Of a stretch of DNA of 48,979 nt, positions 34,825 through 46,600 are shown piece after piece. Positions within the stretch are counted from its first letter, which is position 1. Each line of letters starts with the position of its first letter. The position numbers and the translations under genes were made by a program. The notes under the pieces are model-generated. The model was not told where the DNA came from. It saw only the letters and a list, made by a program, of their open reading frames with translations, and did not search any database. Source of the DNA: Octopus sinensis (taxonomy: Eukaryota); assembly GCF_006345805.1 (NCBI RefSeq), contig NW_021834532.1, positions 1-48,979 of the forward strand. The letters run 5' to 3'.

Positions 34825-35034
34825 CTACGATAGTAAGGAAAACGTCAACATTGCACAAAAATGATCGACGGGTTAGAAATAGGAGTCGAATATATCTCAG
34901 AGTACTACTACCGTCTTAAGCGTGAATAGGGCACATTTCATAATGTAGTCTCAGATAGACCGTGTCTCAAAAAAGAAAAGGTAGCTTTTGACACAGCTGG
35001 AACACACTGGACAATATAGACGTGTGAGCATGCA

Positions 35035-35082
<48 letters not shown>

Positions 35083-35584
35083 TATATATATATATGTGTG
35101 TGGGTGTGTGTGTGTGGTGGTGTGTGTGTGTGTTGTGGTGTGTTGTGTGGTGTGTGTATACCTGCCCTTACCCCATTCTTATAACTAAGGAAATTTTCTT
35201 ACAACAGTCAGTTGTGAGCAAAGTTTTTGTCAGGTTGGCATCCTAACTACACTACCTCATGTTCCTGAGATTCATATCTACATCTTTATCTGTATATTTA
35301 CCCTCCCTAAGATGTTATTAATGATCTGAGCTGAGAATTTATATTATTGGAAAACCTATATAAAAATTAGCTGAAGATTATTCGGCATATTAAATCTGCT
35401 GTAATATTTACAGCTTTTAATAAAATGTTGTAGTATGAAACAATGTACTAAATTACTGGATTCATTCTTGTTGCTTATTTTTGATTATAATCAACCCGCA
35501 TATTTTTGTGGGTAACACCATAAAAAAATTCTGGTGCATCTAAATTAAGTGCCATATTCATTTGAATCTAAATTGTTTGCTGAA

Positions 35585-35644
<60 letters not shown>

Positions 35645-35878
35645 CAGAGTGGCCCCAAAGTAGGTTTACAATTATCATGTAGGCACTTTAAATTTCTTTT
35701 AAAACATTTTATTACATTAAAATTTCTATCTTACAAACTGAAAAGGGAGCTTGACAAAATTACCTAAATTAGCATAGCTCAATAGTTTCATATTTTTTTA
35801 TAAATTAAGATCAAAACTGTTAATATATGAATGCAAAAGAGATTTGAATAACTGTAAACCTACTTTTGGGCCACCTTG
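35645..35878. mobile_element. Tc1/mariner MITE
   Basis: TA-CAGAGTGGCCCCAAAGTAGGTTTACAATTAT ... ATAACTGTAAACCTACTTTTGGGCCACCTTG-TA: about 31-bp TIRs with a TA TSD. Confidence 0.85.
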
Positions 35879-35938
35879 TATATTATATGTACATACATAC
35901 ATACACACACACACATATACATACATACATACATACAT

Positions 35939-35989
<51 letters not shown>

Positions 35990-36004
35990 TACAGATATAT
36001 ATAT

Positions 36005-36215
36005 AGGCGCAGGCGTGGCTGTGTGGTAAGTTGCTTGCTTGCCAATCACAAAGTTCCGGTTTCAATTCCACTGCTTGGCATCTTGGGCAAGTGTCTTCTA
36101 CTATAGCCTCGGGCCGACCAAAGCCTTGTGAGTGGATTTGATTTGAGACGGAAACTGAAAGAAGTCCGACGTATATTGTATATATATATATGTGTATGTG
36201 TGTATATATATATAA

Positions 36216-36269
<54 letters not shown>

Positions 36270-36621
36270 TATATATTATAATATTATATATGTTATGTAT
36301 GATGTATGTATGTATGTATGTATGTATGTATTATGTATGTATGTATGTATGTATGTAGTATGTATGCATGTATGTATGTATGTATATGATATATGTGTGT
36401 GTATGTTTACATGTCTGTGTTTGTCCCTCCACCATCGCTTGACAAACCGATGTTTGTGTGTCTACGTCCCCATAACTTAGCGGTTCGGCAAAAGACACCG
36501 ATAAAATAAGTACTAGGGTTACAGAGAATAAGTTCTGGGGTCGATTTGCTCGACTAAAGGCGGTGCTCCAGCATGGCCGCAGTCAAATGACTGAAACAAA
36601 TACACGAATAAAATAAAAGAA
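36005..36621 (+). mobile_element. SINE family A, full length with an expanded internal microsatellite
   Basis: Head 36005-36170, (TA)n/(TATG)n 36170-36410, tail 36410-36621. Confidence 0.9.
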
Positions 36622-36695
36622 TATATATATATATATTTCGTTTTTGGATTTGGTTTGCAAGATTCTTTATATGAGTTCGTGTGTTGAAGCATATT

Positions 36696-36948
36696 CTGTT
36701 GTGTCTGGAGAGAGTCATTATCTTTTTATGCCTCATATTTTAACACACTTACCAGTAAAATTTCCACTTATTTCTTATTTTTATTTTTCTAAAATTTTCG
36801 TTGCGTCTTGCAACCTTTTCAGTAGTCTTGACTCTTATCAAGAGTCAAGACTATTGAAAAAAAAAAGAAATAAGTGAAAATTTTAGCGGTGAGTGTGTTA
36901 CATTATAAGGCACAAAAAGAAAATGATTCCCTCCCCCAGACACAACAG
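36696..36948. mobile_element. Nested fold-back element with a degenerate hammerhead (36789-36825, minus strand)
   Basis: Outer arms 36696-36775 and 36866-36948; inner 21-bp hairpin 36816-36860; CTA-CTGAAAA-G-GTTGC-AAGAC-GCAAC-GAA-AATT-T-TAG (G8 mutated). Confidence 0.6.
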
Positions 36949-37099
36949 TATAATATATATATTTATACACACACAACACACACACCACACACACCACCAC
37001 ACACCACACACACACCACCATATATATATATATATATATGTATAGCAGAAAGAACAGAGTGATTCAAGGGCCGAGAGTCTCGTGCGTTGGCACTTAGCC

Positions 37100-37198
37100 A
37101 ACATATATATATATCTATATATATATATATTATATATAATGATATTATACAGATATAGATATAATATATATACATATTAAGACAATATATATATATAG

Positions 37199-37235
<37 letters not shown>

Positions 37236-37355
37236 ATATATATGTATATATATGTATATATATATATATATATAGATATATAGATATATATCTATATATA
37301 TATATATATCATATAACATATATATATATCAGATAGATATACATAGTATATACAT

Positions 37356-37403
<48 letters not shown>

Positions 37404-37430
37404 TATATCTATATATATATATTATATATC
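37100..37430. repeat. (TA)n microsatellite
   Basis: Direct reading. Confidence 0.95.
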
Positions 37431-38014
37431 TCCATGACCAGTGGCCAGGACCTCTACTAGAACAAGGCTGATTTCGATTTCGAACTCAAGAGGTGAAGGT
37501 AGCTTCTTAAAACGCCAGAAGACTATAAGCCCTTCCGCCACCCTCCCACTCCTTTTTTTTTTTTTTGTTCTTTAAGAAAATAAAACGGGAGGTTAGGCAT
37601 AGGCTCCCTCCACATTCGGGCAGGAGACCGATGAACGATCAGGGCCCTCCAACCCTTTTAGGGTCCTAAGCCGTAGCTTATAGAAAGATCTGCGACTTCG
37701 GATGTGACCTCGGTTTAAATCGCATGATAAACGGTGTCTACATAATGTTAAGATTGTACTTACTTGCGCTTATTATCACCAAATTTGAGTGTTATGTAAA
37801 TAATTGCGATACGTAGTCGTACGTCCACTTGCTTGTAATAGTTATTGAACTTATCCACCTCCGTCCTCCTTCCTCCACTAAGTTTCCACTCACCTTCTTT
37901 CCCTCTCCCTATCCCTCCTCTCACCCACCTTCTGTCTTCCCTCCTACTCCCCCCTCTTCCCCTCTCCCCTCCCTCTCAACCTAGATACATATATACATAT
38001 TCAAACTCACTCAC

Positions 38015-38076
<62 letters not shown>

Positions 38077-38567
38077 GTCTGTCTGTCTGTCTGTCTGTGT
38101 GTGTGTGTGTCTGTCTGTCTGTATGTATGTATGTATGTATGTATGTATGTATGTATGTATGTGTGTGTGTGTGCATGCATATATTGTTGAGAAAAAATGC
38201 AAGATTTTATTCAAGGGAGATAATTAAGAGTAAATTCTCTGAGTTGTTTCCCTTGAATTTACTCACCATAACTTTGGAGATGTGAGCATACGGAACAGCA
38301 AACGGATTGTGGAAAGGCCTGAGACCAGAGGCTCTCAATTATTTTTATCTATGAATAGTCGACACTGTAGTCCTTCAGAGATATATACACTAGGAATTAA
38401 GGAAACAGAATGAGTTTGTCACGGCTGGAACGATTTTGATCATAGGTCTAGGTTTGTTTTGATTAGAATTGAGTTGGGGACTAACAACAACAACAACATC
38501 AACCACAACTACAACAACAACAACGTTTAAACCATTAAATCGGGAGTTCTCAACCATCTTTTAGCCA

Positions 38568-38670
38568 TTCTTTTACTTGTTTCACTGATTTGACTTCGGC
38601 CATGCTGGAGCACCGCTTTTAGTCGACCCCAGGACTTATTCTGTGTAAGCCTAGTACCTATTCCATCGGA
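38568..38670 (-). mobile_element. SINE A tail fragment
   Basis: TTTTACTTGTTTCA..TTTGACTTCGGCCATGCTGGAGCACCGC..GACCCCAGGACTTATTC. Confidence 0.8.
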
Positions 38671-38671
38671 G

Positions 38672-38867
38672 CGAATCACAGAAGGTCGCCGATTCGCTTA
38701 CGGAAAACGACTTCTAGGCAAGATTCCAAAAGTGTCAGGAACGTTGGGACCGGTGTAGTGCTGTGCAAGGTGACTATTTCGAAGGAGACGATGTTAAAAC
38801 TTAGGTAAATTGGTCATTTTTCTTTTATTAATCATAACTAGTCTGAGAACATTTTGATACCACCTCG
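38672..38867 (+). mobile_element. Mariner 3' end with TIR
   Basis: FQKCQERWDRCSAVQGDYFEGD (38724-38789), then TIR-like GTCTGAGAACATTTTGATACCACCTCG-TA. Confidence 0.8.
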
Positions 38868-38869
38868 TA

Positions 38870-39332
38870 CATACACACATTCATACATACACACATACAT
38901 ACATACATACATACATACGCACGTACGTACGTACATACATACATACATACATACATATACATACATACATACATACATACGTACGTACGTACGTACATAC
39001 ATACATACATACATACTTACGTACATACCTACGTACGTACGTACGTACGTACGTACATACATACATACATACATACATACATACATACATACATACATAC
39101 TACATACATATGCATACATACCATACATACATACACACACATACATACATACATACATACATACATACATACATACATACATACATACTACATACTGCAT
39201 GCATACATACATACATACTACACCCACACACATACTACATACATACATACATACATACATACATACATACATACATACATACATACATACATACATACAT
39301 ACATACGTACGTACGTACGTACGTACATGCAT
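38870..39332. repeat. (CATA)n/(CGTA)n microsatellite
   Basis: Direct reading. Confidence 0.95.
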
Positions 39333-39334
39333 AG

Positions 39335-41050
39335 TCATTCTGGAGGGAAAAGTTTGGAGCGTGACAAAGAAGTTTAATCAGAGCTCAGGGTGGCCAGAAA
39401 AATCAGAAACAAGTATAGCCTCTGTATTAAACCAAAATCATAGAGTATTAATGCTGGAACCCTTGAGACTTCGAATTAAGGAAAACACCAGGAAGAGACT
39501 TCAAGGCGGATACATGTACAAAAATCTTATCTTTTGCCAGTACGATCTTATTGAACTTAAGTGATAAGCTCTCAGTGAACACATAAACACATCAATCTGT
39601 TTAGCGCTGTCAGAATCAAAGATGATATTCGCAAAACAATGCGAATTGCATGGTGAAAAGTTACCGGCCAATAACCTACCAGAATCTTATGTATAAAATA
39701 TAATATAATCTGTGTGAATCTGATTTTCCAAGATCACTGTGATAGTAATTATAGCGATTTCAAATTTTGGCACAAAGACCAATATTTTCGGGAGAGGGGT
39801 TAAGTCGATTATATCGACACCCGTGCTCAACTGGTGCATATTTTATCGAAAGGATGAAAGGCAAAGTCGACCTCGACAGAATTTGAACTCAGAACGTAAA
39901 GACAGACGAAATATTGTTAAGCATTTTGCCCAGCGTGCGAACGAAGAATGACAATCATATCATCAGAGCGGAACAAGCTGCTGGAAAGAAAGGAATCTGA
40001 GGAATGTGTGTTATACAAATTTTGATCAACGAAATTATCAGAGGTGCGGCGGTACAAGAGGAACTTGGCCCACAGTTTGGCCTAATTGCAAGAAAACAAT
40101 TTGACTGACTTCTCCACTCGCGGGTTCTAGAGTCCATTCAACTTGCTAAAGTTACGGGCACTATTATCAAAGCCATATACAAGTCGGCTTCATCCTCGGC
40201 CTCTATTCTGGCGTTCGATTGTCACTAATATATTATGGTATATCACAGAGATAAAGTTCAAGGAAACAGTCTTACTGGCGTGCTGCTTGTACTTTTAACA
40301 AGGGCCCTGTTCTTTCTTATTGAGGAAATATGAAGGATATCTGAAGAAACACTCACCTTACACATAGCTTTTGTGGGTGATCTGAAAGTACTAAGAGCAC
40401 GGAAGATATGAAGGAAAGCCTTGGCCTAGTTACGAGGTTCTGAAAGAATATAAATATAGAGTTCGGACATGATGGACGTTTTAACATGGTTGTAAAACGA
40501 GATAGAACTACAAGCTCATAAATGGCCTGACTATTTCTCTGATATATAATGAATGCTACAGATGAAAATATTTCCTATGTCGGAAACTGCAAGAAGCTTG
40601 TCATCAGGGAAGACGACCGCAGGATGAAGAAAATATGGTCCACGATCTTTCCACGTGCAATACATCAATTGTCTACAACGTATTTATCAGTGCTTATACC
40701 AATATCTCTTGAAGATATCCAGGGTATTTATGTTAAAAACTGGAAATTGTTAACCGAAACCAATAATTTCCACATCAATAATGAGGTAGACCTTCTTTAT
40801 TAAAGCTGCTGAGTGTTGACATTGATCTAAAGAGCCTTTAAATGCCACATCATGTCCCTTCAACATATTCTATTAGCTACGAAATGCCGAAGTCCAGTCG
40901 TGTATCAAAAATACAAACGTGAGGCTAAGAACATCATGAGATTTGGAAAAGAGTTTCTCAGAAAGTATTCCTTCACTGATGAGCAGAAACGTTGCACGAC
41001 TTTGCAACAGCAGGTCATCAGAATATACACACCAAAGGATCATGCTTAGC
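39335..41050 (+). pseudogene. R4/Dong-like LINE RT remnant, interrupted by a SINE B
   Basis: Broken frames: TPGRD..GYMYKNLIF, QNLMYKI, NHIIRAEQAAGKKGI, QLAKV, DENISYVG, NFHINNEVD, LLATKCRS. Confidence 0.75.
39748..39948 (-). mobile_element. SINE family B
   Basis: AAGTCGATTATATCGAC..GAAAGGATGAAAGGCAAAGTCGACCTCG..TTTGAACTCAGAACGT. Confidence 0.85.
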
Positions 41051-41054
41051 TATA

Positions 41055-41351
41055 TCTTTATATATAAAAATGAAGTTGTGTGTCTGTCTACTCCGATTTA
41101 GATTCCTAACTACTCCCACTTTTGTGGTGCAGTTTAACCAAAACCGGGTATGTTATAGTGGTGATTCATATCGAGCCCTTCTGGGTATTAGCGCGCGTCT
41201 ACGATGAGTCTACGATTTAAAAAAAAATTACCATCATTTTTGCGCATTTTTAATGATTTTTGCTCGGTTTATATAAGGGAAGTAACTCTTTAAAAATGCT
41301 TATACAGTTATTTCCCTTACAAACCCGAGCAATGCCGGGCGATACTGCTAG
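41055..41351 (+). mobile_element. Non-autonomous Helitron
   Basis: 5' A|TCTTTATATATAAAA; 3' hairpin CCCGAGCAATGCCGGG (41324-41339) followed by CTAG|T; second copy at 42479. Confidence 0.8.
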
Positions 41352-43068
41352 TTCTCAATAGACTCCAAATGTTATCAGCCTCATGTATGCAAACGTGGTC
41401 AAGGGATGCACTTCGACACTTGGTGGATAGAAGATGTTGCTGAAGGGGTATGATGCGACATTCAAAAGCATTTTGGATTTATGTGAAGCCTCTCCCACAT
41501 TGTTTTTATATTAGGGAGTGGCGGTCTACATCTCACTGTTTATGTCGAAATTATGCGTGCTTGTTAGTATTTTTCGGATTTTCACATCAATAGCTCGGAT
41601 TTCATCAAGTGTCCAATCAAGTAGCCCAAATGTTGGTATGAGTCCTGGCACTGCAAACGCATTGTGGGCTACTGTTTTATTGAATGCAGAGAGTTCTGAG
41701 GTCCAAATTTCCTTTATTCGGCTGTAACATTCTTTAGTTGATACGTGTTTTGTTACAAGGTACCATTGTAAGATATGTTTTCATCCACCACTAGATACCT
41801 GTAACATTCCTCGTCAGATACAGGGGAAACAGTCAAATCATTGACGGAGATATTATTAGTCTGATTTATAGTTTCCCTCCTTTTTACAACCATATAACAT
41901 TTATCTTGACCAAACTCCAACCCTACAACCTTTGAGAAAGTTGTAACTACGTCAAGGCTCTTTTTCATTTCATACATATACTTTGTATAAAGTTTTACGT
42001 CATTCACAAAGAAACTTTGTGTAATTTTGATATTTCTGTTTCCTTGTGAACCAGTGTGAAAGACAAGGGGTTTACAGAAAGTATAAACAACATCACAGAG
42101 GGGCTGTCTCCTTGGAATATTGCTTTGCGATACTATATTCTATCGGTGATAATATATTCACTGCTTGTATTTAATTTCAAGACGGTGGCCCACGATGAAG
42201 TCAGGTCAGCTATGGCTTTGATTATTCTCACTGGAACTTTAGCAAGTTGAAGGGCTTCTAGCATCCATGAGTGGGGAAGAGAGTCAAAGTCTTTCTTGTA
42301 GTCTAGACACATTGAAACTAAGTTCCTCCTATGCTCTCACACCTCTAACATAGCAGTTTTGTTGATTAACAATTGTTCAGCACATCCCCAGACTCCCTTC
42401 TTTCCATCTGCTTGTTCTGCTGTGATAATGTTATTGGTTTCACAATGGTCCTGGAGGAAGAGGTTTAAACATCGTGTATATGTCTTATATATAAAATTGA
42501 AGTTGTGTGTGTGAGACTCTGTCTTCTCCGATTTAGATTTATAACTACTCCCACATTTTGCGGTGCAGTTTAACCAAAAGCGGGTATCTTATAGTCGTCA
42601 TTCATATCGAGCCCTTCTGGGTATTAGCGCGTGTCTACGATGAGTCTACGATGAGTCTACGATTTAAAAAAAAAATTACCATAATTTTTCCGCATTTTTA
42701 ATGATTTTTGCTCGGTTATATAAGGGAAGTAACTCTCTAAAAATGCTTATATAGTTATTTCCCTTACAAACCCGAACAACGCCGGGCAATACTGCTAGTA
42801 TCTTATACATTAAGTTCTGACATGGAATTGGCACGTAGTTTTTTGCTATGTGTATGGTTCTGCATTTGGGGATCAATTTTGTCTCTGCCAGAGTTAATCA
42901 GTGTGGTATGCTATTATTCCCGATGAAATCTTGCTGGTGCAGATTGATAAGATATGGTCGGTAGAATATTAGCTTCTTGTACCAATACCCAACAGTCAAG
43001 TATCTTCCAGGTGCTTTTCCATCCTGGACGTTCTGGATCACAATTGCAAGAATTTCACTATCAATGAT
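41352..43068 (-). pseudogene. R4/Dong-like LINE RT remnant, interrupted by a Helitron
   Basis: GKAPG..VGYWYKKL, LIPK..AKNYVPIPCQNLMYKI, DYKKDFDSLPHSW, IFQGDSPSVMLF, NDVKLY, GLEFGQDKC, AFAVPGLIPTFGLLDW. Confidence 0.85.
42479..42798 (+). mobile_element. Non-autonomous Helitron
   Basis: Same family as 41055; removing it restores the LINE codons MYKIYTRCL; A^T target with no TSD. Confidence 0.85.
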
Positions 43069-43320
43069 GCGTGTCTTGGGTGTAATGCAGTTTGCTGGAC
43101 ATTGTTGTAGAGCTGAGAACGAAGTAATTTATACTCTTCTCCTCTGGAAGCCATCTGCTCGCGATACCAGAGAGCGCACACTCTCCTACCCTGATGTAAT
43201 CTCCAGGGATACAGGCATCCAGCAACAGGACCTCCGTAATGCTATGATGGACCGTGAAGACTGGCGTAGCATAGTAAATTCCATTGTCTCGACCACGGTC
43301 GAACAATGATGATGAATGCA
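43069..43320 (+). pseudogene. RTE/RTE-X LINE 3' end
   Basis: QFAGHCCRAENEVIYTLLLWKP...TLSYPDVISRDTG...DLRNAMMDREDWRSIV, then a (TGA)n tail. Confidence 0.8.
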
Positions 43321-43414
43321 GGAGCAATAACTTTTTTTTTATTTCTTCCAGCCACAGAACATCTTGGTAAATTCCTTTTCTTCACTCCAGATTGTCCTTC
43401 AGAAGGGGTCTATG

Positions 43415-43745
43415 TGTATATGTATGTATGTATGCATGCATGCATGTATGCATGTATGTATGCATGTATGTATGCATGTATGCGTGCATGCATGCATGTA
43501 TGCGTGCATGCATGCATGCATGTATGTATGTATGTATGTATGTATGTATTTATGTATGTATGTATGTATGTATGTATGTATGTATGTATGTATTTATGTA
43601 TGTATGTATGTATGTATGTATGTATGTATGTATGTATTTATGTATGTATGTATGTATGTATGCATGCATGTATGTATGTATGTATGTATGTATGTATTTA
43701 TGTATGTATGTATGTATGTATGTATGTACGTACGTACGTACGTAC

Positions 43746-43776
<31 letters not shown>

Positions 43777-43858
43777 TGTATGTATGTATGCATGCGTGTG
43801 TGTGTGTATGTATGTATGTATGTATGTATGTATGCATGCATGCATGTATGTATGTATG

Positions 43859-43892
<34 letters not shown>

Positions 43893-43976
43893 TGTATGTA
43901 TGTATGTATGTATGTATGTATGTATGTATGTATGTATGTATGTATGTATGTATGTATGTATGTATGTATGTATGTA

Positions 43977-44007
<31 letters not shown>

Positions 44008-44210
44008 ATGTATGTATGTATGTATGTATGTATGTATGTATGCATGTATGTATGTATGTATGTATGTATGCATGCATGCATGCATGTACGTACGTGCGTA
44101 CGTACGTATGTATGTATGTGTGTATGTATGTGTGTATGTATGTGTGTATGTATGTATGTATGTATGTATGTATGTATGCATGTATGTATGTGTGTATGTA
44201 TGTGTGTATG
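43415..44210. repeat. (TATG)n/(CATG)n microsatellite, about 800 bp
   Basis: Direct reading. Confidence 0.97.
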
Positions 44211-44814
44211 TAGTGCTTAGTTATGTCCACAAAGGAATAAAAACTTAAGTAGGATTCGAACTATGATCGTTAAGACATATAACTAAATACCAAGTATTCA
44301 TGGAGACAAATATTTCTGAATTCAAGATAAAGTGTAACAAGTCTGTATACTGTTTGTATCGATTAAAATATATGATTGATACTTAGTTTATTCATGTTTT
44401 TTCTGCGACAATTATCGAACCTTCACATTTCAAAAAATTGCCATAAAATGCAAACGTTTAATCATTCAAGGTAAGTAACTCTTTGTAATATTTTTGTTGT
44501 TGTCTCCCTTGCACAAAATATGTTTTTTTTTTAATATTTTGTCGTTCATATTTTTGCATTTTTCCACCAAGCGGGAAAATTAAAACTGAAAGCCGATGAC
44601 TAATATACAAGAAACCCTTCATTTGTTTGGTTATAAGAATAACTACCTGGTGCTGAGCGCGATCTATGTTGTATGTCGATGTACAATAAAAGCCAAAGAG
44701 GAAACCTCCAAGCGGTTGCTCGATCTGTTAGAAATAGCAACCAAATTTCTCTCAATGTGTATTCTACCGTTTGAAAATTAAGTGAATATGCTGTATGATC
44801 CATTTGTGGATATT

Positions 44815-45016
44815 TTTTTTTTACTTGTTTCAGTAATTTGACTGCGGCCATGCTGGAGCACTGCCTTTAGTCGAGCAAATCGACCCCAGGACTTATTCTT
44901 TGTAAGCCTAGTACTTATTCTATCGGTCTCTTTTGCCGAACCGCTAAGTGACGGGGACATAAACACACGAGCATCGGTTGTCATGCAATGCTAGGGGGAC
45001 AAACACAGGCACACAA

Positions 45017-45066
<50 letters not shown>

Positions 45067-45241
45067 ATATATACATATATACGACGAGCTTCTTTCAGTT
45101 TCTGTCTACCAAATCCATTCACAAGGCTTTGGTCGGCCCGAGGCTATAGTAGAAGACACTTGCCCAAGGTTCCACGCAGTGGGACTGAACCCGGAACCAT
45201 GTGGCTGGTAAGCAAGCTACTTACCACACAGCCACTCCTGC
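44815..45241 (-). mobile_element. SINE family A, full length
   Basis: Reverse complement of the 34026 copy. Confidence 0.95.
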
Positions 45242-45249
45242 TGTTATCT

Positions 45250-45628
45250 ATTCATTTGCTTCAGTCATCAGACTGTGGCCATACTGGGGCATCACCTCAA
45301 ATAATTTTAGTCGAACGAATCGACTCCAGTACTTAATAATTTTTGTTTTGTTTTGTTTTGTTGTTCGTGCCTGATTCTTATTTTATCGATTTCTTCTGCT
45401 GAACCGCTAGGTAACGGGGACGTAAGCACACCAACTCTAGTTGTCAAGTGGTGGCGATACACACATGCAGACACACACAAACACACACAAACACACACAC
45501 ACATACGCACACACACACACACACACAAGCACACACACACAAGCACACACGCATGCATACCCCACCCCCACCGACATATACGTCCAGCTTCTTTCAATAT
45601 CCGTCTACCAAATCCATTCCCAAAGAAG
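45250..45628 (-). mobile_element. SINE family A, older and 5'-truncated
   Basis: GACTGTGGCCATACTGGGGCA..GAACCGCTAGGTAACGGGGACGTAA..CCGTCTACCAAATCCA. Confidence 0.8.
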
Positions 45629-45699
45629 TAAAAAGATGACATGGTCACCGATGGAACGCTTGTTGAACGATAAAGATTCATTACAGAATCCTATAACAG

Positions 45700-45895
45700 T
45701 TAACTGTTGTTGTTTAACCCAAGATCAGACTTAATCGCGCGAGCCTTTGTTCAAAGACGTTTCAGTCATGACCTTCGCATCTGTTTTCCTCTCCAGACAG
45801 CATATGTAGGATTACATCATCAGGCGTATCCTTGTCTTTTTAAAGACGATAGTGTATGATAGACATTTGGCTACAGTTTCTAGCAGATCGGACAA
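45700..45895 (-). mobile_element. Family F old retroelement tail
   Basis: (GTT)n-TAACCCCAAGATCAG...TTTGGCTACAGTTTCTAGCAG. Confidence 0.5.
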
Positions 45896-45989
45896 ACATG
45901 AAGAAGCTTCCTTATTGCGTCGTAGAAGGGAGAGTTTAAAGTACAATCAGAAGTCGCTGAGTGGACTACTTACTTGTACTTGTGGCGAC

Positions 45990-46330
45990 ATTCACCCTGG
46001 GCCGGTTGAGTCGGCTTCTTCTACTCATGGAAGAAGTTTCGTGGGATTATGTGGATTTCACAAGCGGTCCCCAACAATCCCGCATGTGGAGACATCCTGT
46101 TTGTCGCAGATTTTCCGCAGACGCAGGGACAGAACGACCGAGGAGCCGCCGGTTGCCGAAGCAGACACTCCGAGGATTTTCACCAGAGCCTCGTCTGCCG
46201 GGTTGTGGTCCTAATACCACTCGGTGTCAGACCAATCCGCCTTGGGTGGCCCTACCAGGAACCGAAGTTCCGACGGCATAACTCTGACACTACCCGTTGC
46301 CAGCGTCCCCGCCACGGTGAGAAGGAGATG
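45990..46330 (+). mobile_element. Possible RTE-type LINE 5' UTR fragment
   Basis: GTCAGACCAATCCGCCTTGGGTGGCCCTACCAGGAACCGAAGTTCCGACGGCATA resembles a motif I recall from RTE 5' UTRs; not verified. Confidence 0.35.
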
Positions 46331-46600
46331 GACTTTGGGGACACAGGATGGACTTTGGGGACGCTGAGTGGACACTGGTCACTAGTTTCTGCTTAAACAT
46401 TTATAGACGACCGGCCAAACTATTTCCAATTGTAAAACTTGTCTGACGTAATGTAGGATAAATTGGTCTCCCCAGTAGCACTCACTGTCTAGTAATGTAC
46501 ATATAACGAAATTTCCAACAGTGGCTTTGGGAAGCCTGATGTATGTACACAGTGGGTGACAAGAAGCTATATTTTGTAAACAGATAGCTTGCCTCTGTAA

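Noticed and set aside
40976-40995. CTGATGAGCAGAAACGTT hammerhead-like string
   Set aside because: No stem I or stem II, and it lies inside a LINE remnant, so it is probably chance.
42977-43309. 110-aa ORF as a single gene
   Set aside because: Chimeric: the first part is the antisense of the R4-like LINE and the remainder is an RTE 3' end.
43306-44248. Long ORFs (up to 304 aa) of MYVC/HTYI repeats, and similar ORFs throughout the window
   Set aside because: Stop-free translations of (TATG)n, (CATA)n, (TCTA)n and (TA)n.
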